Origin: a virus
DNA length: 56,335 nt
IMG/VR virus record: IMGVR_UViG_3300045988_137693
Strand: one strand, 5' to 3'
In this document: positions 17,401-24,962 of the stretch, piece by piece
Numbering within the stretch: the stretch's first letter is position 1
Layout of the letters: every line of letters starts with the position of its first letter
Notes under the pieces: model-generated
Seen by the model: the letters and a program-made list of their open reading frames with translations, nothing else
Database searches by the model: none
Told to the model about the DNA's origin: nothing
Translations under genes and position numbers: made by a program

Positions 17401-17680
17401 GCCTGAAACACCTGATTCGGATGTTTACGACAAACACGCCAAAGAGATATTCGAATATGTCTTGCCTGAACTTGCCAATAGCGTCTTCGAATACAAATCC
17501 GCAGGACCGCATGGGGTAAGCTTCATCACCGGCAGCGGCGATGTATTTCTCTGGTACGAGCTGGAGCCATATTCCAAGGATCCATCACAGATTCGATGGA
17601 TTCTGGAGCATGTTTGCCAGAAGGAACGTCCGGTTGAGAATACGGATCGTCCGATGGCCTTGGAAACCAAATACGATTGA
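17387..17680 (+). CDS. Hypothetical protein (97 aa); GTG start
   Basis: aaggggg RBS 8 nt upstream of GTG 17387. Confidence 0.5.
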   Translation: MANYEPETPDSDVYDKHAKEIFEYVLPELANSVFEYKSAGPHGVSFITGSGDVFLWYELEPYSKDPSQIRWILEHVCQKERPVENTDRPMALETKYD

Positions 17681-17704
17681 TATATGTACACAAAAGGAGC
17701 AATC

Positions 17705-18271
17705 ATGTCAGACACAACTTTTTCGCCGCTCATAACCCTGTCCAGCACATCATTCTCACCGATCGTGATGTATAACGCCATGTCTCTTACTGTCGAACAG
17801 ATGCGAGCATGTCAATGTGATACGCCTTTGGCCATGACCAAGCCGATGGCCGTTGCCAATAAAGGCCGCATGTACGCCTGCACCAGCTGGTGTCCGTTCT
17901 GCGGAGCGACCCAACACGTCACGGCGGATGCCAAGATGTTTCCGAGCACCGCTCCTGCGGATGTTTGGAGACTGGATGCGGACAAGATCTACGAATTCGT
18001 CTCGAGGATCAACGATCTTGGATATTTGCCGAAACATGCCGGTTCCGATGATCTCGCATGGACATTCCCGCAGAGCTATTCCGATGGAACGTTCTCAACG
18101 AACGTCTTCAACATCGCCGTCGGCCGTGGTCTCACGGTCCGGGCTCCGGAGTGCTATATTCTGCGAGACGAACAGCTCACGGTTTTCGATACCAAACTGC
18201 TGGATGAATTCGACCAGCTCGGAATCCTTGGCCTGATGTTTCCGAAGGAGCCGGCCCATGCCAACGCCTGA
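17705..18271 (+). CDS. Hypothetical Cys-rich protein (188 aa)
   Basis: aaaggag RBS then ATG 17705; CQC...CTSWCPFC. Confidence 0.6.
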   Translation: MSDTTFSPLITLSSTSFSPIVMYNAMSLTVEQMRACQCDTPLAMTKPMAVANKGRMYACTSWCPFCGATQHVTADAKMFPSTAPADVWRLDADKIYEFVSRINDLGYLPKHAGSDDLAWTFPQSYSDGTFSTNVFNIAVGRGLTVRAPECYILRDEQLTVFDTKLLDEFDQLGILGLMFPKEPAHANA

Positions 18272-18743
18272 CGAATATCGCAGCGCACGGTGCCTGCTTG
18301 GTCTCACACAGCATCAAGTCGGCAAGATGATGAAGATCCGTCGTGAGACCGTGGGACAGCTGGAATCCATCAATCCCGACACGCCACGCACCTGGGAGGC
18401 GTATACACGCTACTACGACGTGTGGCTGCGCGAGTATGCCCGTATCAAGCATCCTGACCTGTTATTCGCCGTCGAGGCGATTCTCAACGGTAACCGTACG
18501 GTCATAGCCTGGCTTGGCGAACAACCCGATCCTGACAACGATACTCGTCACGGACGTCATCGTCCGAATCGTATTGTGGAGCTCGATCTGACATTTCCGA
18601 CCATTGCGGAGACGTCGCAATATCTCATCAATGCTGGCTATACCAATGCTGATCCACATACGGTCCAGACCAAGATCTCGCAGTTACTGAACGGGTATAG
18701 GAAACAACAGACATTATACGGCTTCCACTTCGAAGACGTATGA
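18258..18743 (+). CDS. DNA-binding protein: N-terminal XRE-like HTH plus a C-terminal NUMOD-like helix-turn-helix
   Basis: ARCLLGLTQHQVGKMMKIRRETVGQLE, and FPTIAETSQYL...QTKISQLLNGYRKQQTLYGFHF. Confidence 0.6.
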   Translation: MPTPDEYRSARCLLGLTQHQVGKMMKIRRETVGQLESINPDTPRTWEAYTRYYDVWLREYARIKHPDLLFAVEAILNGNRTVIAWLGEQPDPDNDTRHGRHRPNRIVELDLTFPTIAETSQYLINAGYTNADPHTVQTKISQLLNGYRKQQTLYGFHFEDV

Positions 18744-18761
18744 TGGGGAAGGATATTTGCC

Positions 18762-18968
18762 ATGGCTCCGGCCAGCGTATTCGACAAGGCTCACAGACAG
18801 CTATCATGCCATGCTGGAGCCTCGATCATCATCACCGATGCATGGGAAATCAGTCCCATGCAGTACGAATGTCTGGCAATGTGCTCACGTTGCCGGCGAC
18901 AAGTCTACATCCCGATCTCACGGAAAGAATACCACAAGATGGATAATCGTGAGATCTGGCAGGAATAG
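18762..18968 (+). CDS. Hypothetical small Cys-containing protein (68 aa)
   Basis: Best RBS (ggggaagga) among three overlapping tracked ORFs. Confidence 0.45.
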   Translation: MAPASVFDKAHRQLSCHAGASIIITDAWEISPMQYECLAMCSRCRRQVYIPISRKEYHKMDNREIWQE

Positions 18969-18977
18969 GAGAACATA

Positions 18978-19319
18978 ATGGCAACGGATAATCTTACCCA
19001 CGAACAGGCTCTCGAGAAAGCCGAATGGATCGACAAGCTTCGCGAACTGGGATTCGTCTGGGATAGCAACATCGACGGTCAGCCGAATCTCTCGAAATGG
19101 CGTCATAAGAACATCAGTCATTTCACCGCTCGTCTGGCCTTGGTGACCGATGCCGAGAACGAACACAACGGTCATTTCGTGGCCATGATCAGCATTGATC
19201 TGGACTATGCCGCGCTTCCCGATATCCATTTGGGCGCGGAGACGACGGAGCAACTGCAACAGATCTATGATGTGGTGACGTACCAATATAATGCCGGTTC
19301 AACCGAGGAGGAGTCATGA
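18978..19319 (+). CDS. Hypothetical protein (113 aa)
   Basis: ORF with taggag RBS. Confidence 0.6.
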   Translation: MATDNLTHEQALEKAEWIDKLRELGFVWDSNIDGQPNLSKWRHKNISHFTARLALVTDAENEHNGHFVAMISIDLDYAALPDIHLGAETTEQLQQIYDVVTYQYNAGSTEEES

Positions 19320-19630
19320 CCTCAATCAGCATCAGACCATATTTGCGATGGAAGCTCGAGAACCTCGGATTCGAGTACGATCCCGTTGAGGACACCTGGT
19401 TCTGGGGTTGGAAGAAGAAAGTCCGTCTCAACCTCGATCGGTCCATCGACATGTTCATCTGGAGCGCTTCGGTGGTGACGGCCAAGGCGCCGGCATCCTA
19501 TGTGGATGATCGGCATGCCATTATCAGCTGGAACCAATCGGAAGAGGAGTTTCTCAAGCTGAAACGCTCGACCATTGCATATTACATCGGCGACATGGTG
19601 CGAAAACACAAGCCGACTGTGACAAAATAA
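19316..19630 (+). CDS. Hypothetical protein (104 aa)
   Basis: ATGA-coupled ORF. Confidence 0.6.
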   Translation: MTSISIRPYLRWKLENLGFEYDPVEDTWFWGWKKKVRLNLDRSIDMFIWSASVVTAKAPASYVDDRHAIISWNQSEEEFLKLKRSTIAYYIGDMVRKHKPTVTK

Positions 19631-19646
19631 CCGAAAAGCCATATCA

Positions 19647-19700
19647 ACATGTGGCCACGAAACATATTTCGCGAGGTTTCTGTGGCCGCATGTTATATTT
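19647..19700 (+). terminator. Long imperfect hairpin plus T-rich tail
   Basis: acatgtggccacgaaac ... gtttctgtggccgcatgt, then tatattt. Confidence 0.45.
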
Positions 19701-19708
19701 AGCGTAAA

Positions 19709-19742
19709 AATCTAGTATTTTGCCCTGAAAAAGTACTAGATT
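19709..19742. promoter_or_regulatory. Operator-like 9-bp perfect inverted repeat upstream of the BRO/helicase operon
   Basis: aatctagta-N16-tactagatt, 23 nt upstream of ATG 19765. Confidence 0.5.
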
Positions 19743-19764
19743 GTATCATATAAGGAGCAAAATC

Positions 19765-20262
19765 ATGGAAATCAGAACACAGAACTGGTATGGATACGAT
19801 ATTCGTTTCGTAAAATATTGCGGAACGTGGTATGCAGTGCTAAAAGATATTTGCGACGCGTTGGATCTTCATACTTTCAAAATAGCACAGCGCATTAATG
19901 CAAATGATCTACGAAGACTACCTATTCCATCATCTAATATACCTAATGGGTATAACAGATTACAAGGAGAAAACATCACTCGATCGATGCTCGTCATCAA
20001 CGAACATGGCATATATCAGGCGCTGTTCCGTAGTCGACGACTCGAGGCGAGACAGTTCACCGATTGGGTCTGTGACATGCTTGAACACATGCGATCAGCC
20101 ATCGGCCTTCAGCAGTATGAGGTCATGCAGATGACCGAGCCGGAGATCCAATACGACATCGACGAACAGCTCGGTGAGGCATTCTACGATATTGAGTCGG
20201 GCACGTGGCGGATCCAACGGACCATTGAGAACGGCGATGTTCTCGTATACGATGAGGAGTAA
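19765..20262 (+). CDS. BRO-N domain protein (antirepressor-like DNA-binding protein)
   Basis: YDIRFVKYCGTWYAVLKDICDALDL...INEHGIYQALFRSRRLEARQFTDWV matches the BRO-N pattern. Confidence 0.7.
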   Translation: MEIRTQNWYGYDIRFVKYCGTWYAVLKDICDALDLHTFKIAQRINANDLRRLPIPSSNIPNGYNRLQGENITRSMLVINEHGIYQALFRSRRLEARQFTDWVCDMLEHMRSAIGLQQYEVMQMTEPEIQYDIDEQLGEAFYDIESGTWRIQRTIENGDVLVYDEE

Positions 20263-20264
20263 AC

Positions 20265-21512
20265 ATGCCTGGTGTCAACTTACGACAGTTTCAGCACGAG
20301 TGCGTGCAGGCCCTGAGGTCGGGCAAGGTGTTGGCGGCCGGAGTTGGCGCCGGCAAGTCCATCATGGCGTTATATTGGTACGTCACCAAGTGCTGTACGG
20401 TGCGGACCTCGCATAACGCCAATGGCGAGCTATTCCAGATCATGCCGGGGAGTCCGGATCTGGTGATCATCACCACTGCCAAGAAACGCGATAACCACGA
20501 ATGGGATGACGAGCTCTATCGCTACGCCCTGCATCAGGGTGAGAATTCGAAGCAGATGGGTAGGGTCCATGTCACGGTGGATTCGTGGAACAACATCACG
20601 AAATACGTCGATGCGTCGGCCGTATTCATATTCGACGAGCAGCGTGCCATCGGTTCCGGAGCCTGGAGCAAGGCGTTCGTGCGGATCGCCAGACGTAATC
20701 CCTGGGTGATGCTGAGTGCGACCCCAGCCGATACCTGGAGCGATTGGTGCCCGATATTCGTCGCGGACGGGTTCTACCGGAACCGCACCGAGTTTTTTCG
20801 TCGTCATGCAGTATACTCCCGGTACACGAAATATCCGAGAATAGACCGCTGGATCGATGAGGATTATCTGAACAAGTGCCGTGATCACGTGCTGGTGACC
20901 TGCGAGGTGCCGAGAGAGACCGAACGCGTGGTGCATCAGCTGACCTGCGCATATGATAAGGAGACGGTTCGCAAGGCGATGAAGACACGGTGGAATCCTG
21001 AGACGGAGGAGCCGTTCCTGAACGCCACGGAGCTGTGCTTTTATCTGCGGAGGGTGATCGATACGGATCCTACACGCCTGTCGTACGCCGCACATGTGGT
21101 ACGTGACCATCGCAAGGTGATCATATTCTACACGCTGCGTGCCGAGCTCGAACAGATTCTGAAGCTCGAGGAGGTCACGGGCGTGCCGGTCTACCAGTAC
21201 AATGGCGGCCGGCATGACGATCTGCCTCAGGGGAATTCCTGGGTGTATGCGGTGCAGTTTCAAGCGGGATCCGAGGGCTGGAATTGCACGAGCTGCAACA
21301 CGGTCCTGTATTGGTCGCTGCCGTACAGCTACAAACAGGCTGAGCAGGCGGCCGGCAGGATCGACAGACTCGACACGTCGTATAAGACCCTGAACTACTA
21401 TATCATGCGATCGTTCGCGCCTTTGGATCTGGGAATCATCCGGGCACTTCGGAACAAGGAGGATTTCAACGCCTCCGGGTTCTTGAGGAGCAGTGCGCGA
21501 CAAAAGGAGTAA
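20265..21512 (+). CDS. Superfamily-2 (DEAD/SNF2-like) helicase
   Basis: Motif I AGVGAGKS, motif II FIFDEQ, motif III LSATPA, motif VI QAAGRIDR. Confidence 0.8.
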   Translation: MPGVNLRQFQHECVQALRSGKVLAAGVGAGKSIMALYWYVTKCCTVRTSHNANGELFQIMPGSPDLVIITTAKKRDNHEWDDELYRYALHQGENSKQMGRVHVTVDSWNNITKYVDASAVFIFDEQRAIGSGAWSKAFVRIARRNPWVMLSATPADTWSDWCPIFVADGFYRNRTEFFRRHAVYSRYTKYPRIDRWIDEDYLNKCRDHVLVTCEVPRETERVVHQLTCAYDKETVRKAMKTRWNPETEEPFLNATELCFYLRRVIDTDPTRLSYAAHVVRDHRKVIIFYTLRAELEQILKLEEVTGVPVYQYNGGRHDDLPQGNSWVYAVQFQAGSEGWNCTSCNTVLYWSLPYSYKQAEQAAGRIDRLDTSYKTLNYYIMRSFAPLDLGIIRALRNKEDFNASGFLRSSARQKE

Positions 21513-21514
21513 CT

Positions 21515-21847
21515 ATGCCAAAAGGGAGAATGGCTGTCGTGTATGTTCATACGGGACACCGAAACATACAACACGATCCGTTCGATATTCGAGAACTACA
21601 CGAATGGGTGGAAAGCAAGGGGAGTTTCTGCGGAGACAATCCTGCTGGATACGGAATCGGACAAATAACTCATATTGACCGAGATCAGGTTATGTTGAGA
21701 CCCGATGGATACACTTTGGATATATATAGCGAAACCCATCAGGTGATATGTCCTGATTGCCGCAAGCATCGCAAGTATGTATTCAGGGCTTATGATACAT
21801 CCTCTGCGTGGTATCAGGAGACACGGTTCGATTATTCGAAGGAGTGA
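21515..21847 (+). CDS. CxxC-motif protein, member of a local paralog set
   Basis: VICPDCRKHRKYVF. Confidence 0.6.
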   Translation: MPKGRMAVVYVHTGHRNIQHDPFDIRELHEWVESKGSFCGDNPAGYGIGQITHIDRDQVMLRPDGYTLDIYSETHQVICPDCRKHRKYVFRAYDTSSAWYQETRFDYSKE

Positions 21848-22032
21848 GACATGACCCAGCTGCATACGGAATTGGACTATCATATGCTATAAAACATCGA
21901 CCGATTCTAGATAACAATGATAAATATCTAGACCTATATACCGAACGTCGACGTGTAACATGCCCGTCATGCCATCAGCAACGTGTATACATGTTTGTAG
22001 TATATAATACCGATTATCGAACAAACATTTAA
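21808..22032 (+). CDS. Truncated tandem paralog of 21515..21847; start uncertain
   Basis: HDPAAYGIGLSY...YLDLYTERRRVTCPSCHQQRVYMF aligns with DNPAGYGIGQIT...YTLDIYSETHQVICPDCRKHRKYVF. Confidence 0.35.
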   Translation: MVSGDTVRLFEGVRHDPAAYGIGLSYAIKHRPILDNNDKYLDLYTERRRVTCPSCHQQRVYMFVVYNTDYRTNI

Positions 22033-22059
22033 TAGCACAACAATTTACTTGGAGTAAAC

Positions 22060-22668
22060 ATGCGTATCAACGAATTCGAACTGATCAACCCCATGAGTGA
22101 TGTACAGAATACCATTACAAGATTGGTGAATCATCGTGGGTCATGCGATGATCTGTCGCCGAGACATGAGATCATCATGAGTGATATTCTGCTGTTGCAG
22201 ACGGATCTTGCACATCCTGAGATATCATATGATATGACCGAGGCGAAGATCAATGCGTATTGTCCCCGCTGTAGGAGACATGGGTCTGGATGGATCGAAA
22301 CCAATGGATGGTTTTCAGCGGTGTCGCCATCACGCGGAGTAGTGATTCGTCATGCGATGGATGAGCTTCCTGCTCGTATGGATAGGCATGGTCGTGTTTG
22401 CGGGCATCATCGTTTGATGATGTCTTCCGCGGTTCGATCGAAGGATATCGCATTCCATGTCAGGGAGGAGAACACCAGGAATTATATCTGGTTCAAGAAG
22501 CGTAAGGCTTTGGCGAAGCAGTGGTTTCCGTTGAGTAGCGGTGACGAACAGTACCATTTGGTATGGTGTCCGGACTGTTTTGCGATGACTTGCGTGGACG
22601 TCGGAAAGATGTCTTTTACGCGGTACGACCCCTCAAACGCCAGTTTTAGAGGGGACGAATGGTACTAA
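22060..22668 (+). CDS. CxxC-motif protein (two CxxC pairs, 202 aa)
   Basis: AYCPRCRRHG and VWCPDCFAM. Confidence 0.6.
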   Translation: MRINEFELINPMSDVQNTITRLVNHRGSCDDLSPRHEIIMSDILLLQTDLAHPEISYDMTEAKINAYCPRCRRHGSGWIETNGWFSAVSPSRGVVIRHAMDELPARMDRHGRVCGHHRLMMSSAVRSKDIAFHVREENTRNYIWFKKRKALAKQWFPLSSGDEQYHLVWCPDCFAMTCVDVGKMSFTRYDPSNASFRGDEWY

Positions 22669-22682
22669 AAAGCACTTCCGAA

Positions 22683-23052
22683 TGTGTACAATTTGTGTGA
22701 CAAAAGCAGTTCTAAATGTGTACAATTTGTGTGACAAAATCGATGTGTGTGTACAATTTGTGTGACATGAGCGAAAATGCCCTTGATGCGGTAAAAACGC
22801 CAAAATCGGCTTTGTCACACAAATTGTACACACAAATCGGTTTTGTCACACAAATTGTACACATTTGAAAACGTCTTTTAGGGCCTGAAAACGTTGAAAT
22901 TTCAACGTTTTTGGGATTTTGAGGGTGTTTTTCTGTGTGTACAATTTCTGTGACGTACTTCTTATTCCGGTGAAAAAAGAAATATAATCATTATAATATA
23001 AAAATAAGTAAAGTATAACCTACGTCACACAAATTGTACACATTTGAAAACC
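22683..23052. repeat. Iteron cluster, palindrome and AT-rich tract; putative replication origin or regulatory hub
   Basis: The 20-mer TGTGTACAATTTGTGTGACA occurs on + at 22683, 22717 and 22748, and degenerate at 22936. Its reverse complement occurs at 22813, 22844 and 23023. A 24-bp perfect palindrome aaaacgttgaaatttcaacgtttt lies at 22888-22911, and an AT-rich tract at 22971-23020. Confidence 0.6.
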
Positions 23053-23076
23053 ACTTTTTTGCAGAAAGGAACCGTC

Positions 23077-23541
23077 ATGACTTATTTCATCCTCGATGGC
23101 AATCGAGAAACCATTTACGAAATCGCTCACGACATGATCGGGTGCAGATGTCAACCCGGGACTCCGGTATGCATCAGTATCCCGAAGATCGATCCGGATG
23201 AACTCACATCTCAGGAACGTCGTAATTTTTCCATGAACGATTTCGTCCTGGCATGTTATTGTTCCGGATGTCGCAAGCGAACCAAACTCATGGTACCGCT
23301 CGATAAGCTCCCGCATGTCGATGCCGACGCCATCCTACAGATCGCACGGCAAATGTCGACAGAGGGGATTAATTGCAATCATGACCGAGAGAGCTGGGAA
23401 GTGACCGCACCAGTCATTCGGGATGATGCCCCGAGTCAAATTGATTTGAATGGCGTTCGCTTGTTGTTGCATATCGTCTACTGCGTGAAGTGCCGGCATC
23501 TTGTACATGTGTACATTACCGAGGCCCATCGAGTGTATTAG
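23077..23541 (+). CDS. CxxC-motif protein (two CxxC pairs, 154 aa)
   Basis: CYCSGCRKRT and VYCVKCRHLV; ATG 23077 after a gaaagga RBS. Confidence 0.6.
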   Translation: MTYFILDGNRETIYEIAHDMIGCRCQPGTPVCISIPKIDPDELTSQERRNFSMNDFVLACYCSGCRKRTKLMVPLDKLPHVDADAILQIARQMSTEGINCNHDRESWEVTAPVIRDDAPSQIDLNGVRLLLHIVYCVKCRHLVHVYITEAHRVY

Positions 23542-23549
23542 GAGGAAGC

Positions 23550-23915
23550 ATGCGTTTTCGCGAACCAATATTCGAACAGCCCATGCGTGTCATGGAAGAC
23601 GATCATATCTGCCAGGACATCGACGACTATAGCTACTATGCCGGAATGCAGCTGGAAGACGCCAAGCGCGAACTCGTCGAACATAACGGCGATGAGATCA
23701 TCAAGATCGGATGGATGCATGTGGTACCGTTGCATCCGGTTCGGAAGTACCAGGATCATCCGATTAAGATCACCACACTTCGATACGGCACTTCGGAAGT
23801 ATTTCCGAATATCTATGAAGCAAGCATCAAGAAAGGGTTTAGTCTTTCTTCGTTGCGTGATCTATTGTGTGGAAGGGGCATATGGTCTGATAACTTCGTT
23901 GCTGAATACATCTAG
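23550..23915 (+). CDS. Hypothetical protein with a NUMOD-like C-terminal HTH (121 aa)
   Basis: taggagga RBS; FPNIYEASIKKGFSLSSLRDLLCG. Confidence 0.5.
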   Translation: MRFREPIFEQPMRVMEDDHICQDIDDYSYYAGMQLEDAKRELVEHNGDEIIKIGWMHVVPLHPVRKYQDHPIKITTLRYGTSEVFPNIYEASIKKGFSLSSLRDLLCGRGIWSDNFVAEYI

Positions 23916-23919
23916 ATCA

Positions 23920-23941
23920 TTTGTGCACAAATGTGCACAAA
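23920..23941. promoter_or_regulatory. Tandem palindromic operator-like site TTGTGCACAA / TGTGCACAA
   Basis: tttgtgcacaaatgtgcacaaa, just upstream of cataat/tagaat -10-like hexamers. Related to the TGTGTACAA core of the iterons. Confidence 0.45.
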
Positions 23942-24024
23942 CATCGTCTCGCACATTTCCCATAATGGATAGAATATACATATAACTACAGGTATCTCCC
24001 GTATTTTACGGTCGGAGGTTTTCC

Positions 24025-24324
24025 ATGGTTTTAGAGCGAGACTTCCAGCGCAAACTGGTCAAGCGCTTGAGGACAGAGATTCCAGGATCCATTGTCATGA
24101 AAGCCGATGCGAACCAAGTACAAGGTATTCCGGATCTCTTGATCCTTGCTCATGGCCGATTCGCTTCACTGGAAGTCAAACGCTCTGCTACCGCATCACA
24201 TCGACCTAATCAGGATCACTTCGTTCAGAAGATCAACGACGATGGCGGTTTTGCTTCGTTCGTCGATCCTTCGAATGAAGACGATGTGGTGGACCAAGTC
24301 AAGCGATATCTATCCAAAGCCTAG
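24025..24324 (+). CDS. VRR-NUC domain nuclease (PD-(D/E)xK fold)
   Basis: GIPDLLILAHGRFASLEVK catalytic pattern. Confidence 0.7.
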   Translation: MVLERDFQRKLVKRLRTEIPGSIVMKADANQVQGIPDLLILAHGRFASLEVKRSATASHRPNQDHFVQKINDDGGFASFVDPSNEDDVVDQVKRYLSKA

Positions 24325-24355
24325 GGAATCACGGCTTTTCATTTTAGGAGTCATC

Positions 24356-24949
24356 ATGACATTCACGTTCAATCAGCATACTGACCTTCAAGGTAAGCAC
24401 GCATATTTGAGTGCCAGTCATCATGTCTGGCTCAACTATGACGATGAGCATTTCAAGGATATCTTCTATTCCAATCTCATGAAGGAACGTGGCACACAGC
24501 TTCACGCCTTCGCCGAGTTTGCGAATAGGATGGGCCGGAAGATGCCGCGCAATCATGAGACCATCAACGAGTTCATCAATGATGGCCTTGGATACAACAT
24601 GAGCCCTGAAGTGGTGCTCTATTACAGCGAGTATTGTTTCGGGACTGCCGACCTTATCGGTTTTGATCCGAAGAAGAAACTGCTTCGAGTGTTTGATCTC
24701 AAGACCGGTCAGAAGGATGTGCTCGAGTTCGGACAGCTGCATGTGTATTGCGCTCTGTTCTGTCTCGAGTACAACATCAAACCGGACGATATCAATTTCG
24801 AATGCCGACTCTATCAGAATGATGAAGTTCGCATTGAAGAGTTTACTGATCCGGAAACCATCAAGGATATTATGGATCTTATCGTTCACGATGATAAGAT
24901 GATTCGTGAACTTCGCGCCGAAGCGAAAGCTAATAAATTGATCTTCTAG
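24356..24949 (+). CDS. RecB/Cas4-like PD-(D/E)xK exonuclease
   Basis: TADLIGF...LRVFDLKTGQ, then GQLHVYCALF (QLxxY-like). Confidence 0.7.
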   Translation: MTFTFNQHTDLQGKHAYLSASHHVWLNYDDEHFKDIFYSNLMKERGTQLHAFAEFANRMGRKMPRNHETINEFINDGLGYNMSPEVVLYYSEYCFGTADLIGFDPKKKLLRVFDLKTGQKDVLEFGQLHVYCALFCLEYNIKPDDINFECRLYQNDEVRIEEFTDPETIKDIMDLIVHDDKMIRELRAEAKANKLIF

Positions 24950-24962
24950 AAAGGAGCGGATT

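Noticed and set aside
20430-21503. 357-aa ORF on the - strand antisense to the helicase gene. Similar long antisense ORFs occur at 35048..36382, 49726..50844, 45472..46416, 13033..13743 and 6784..7536.
   Set aside because: All lie exactly opposite strongly supported + strand genes. They lack RBSs and recognisable motifs, and their composition is Arg/His/Ile-rich with low complexity. They are shadow ORFs produced by the codon bias of the sense frame.
22683-23052. Possible CRISPR array, because of repeated 20-mers with short spacers
   Set aside because: The repeats occur in both orientations. Spacing is irregular (14-148 bp). There are only seven copies, one degenerate, and no cas genes. The iteron/operator interpretation fits better.
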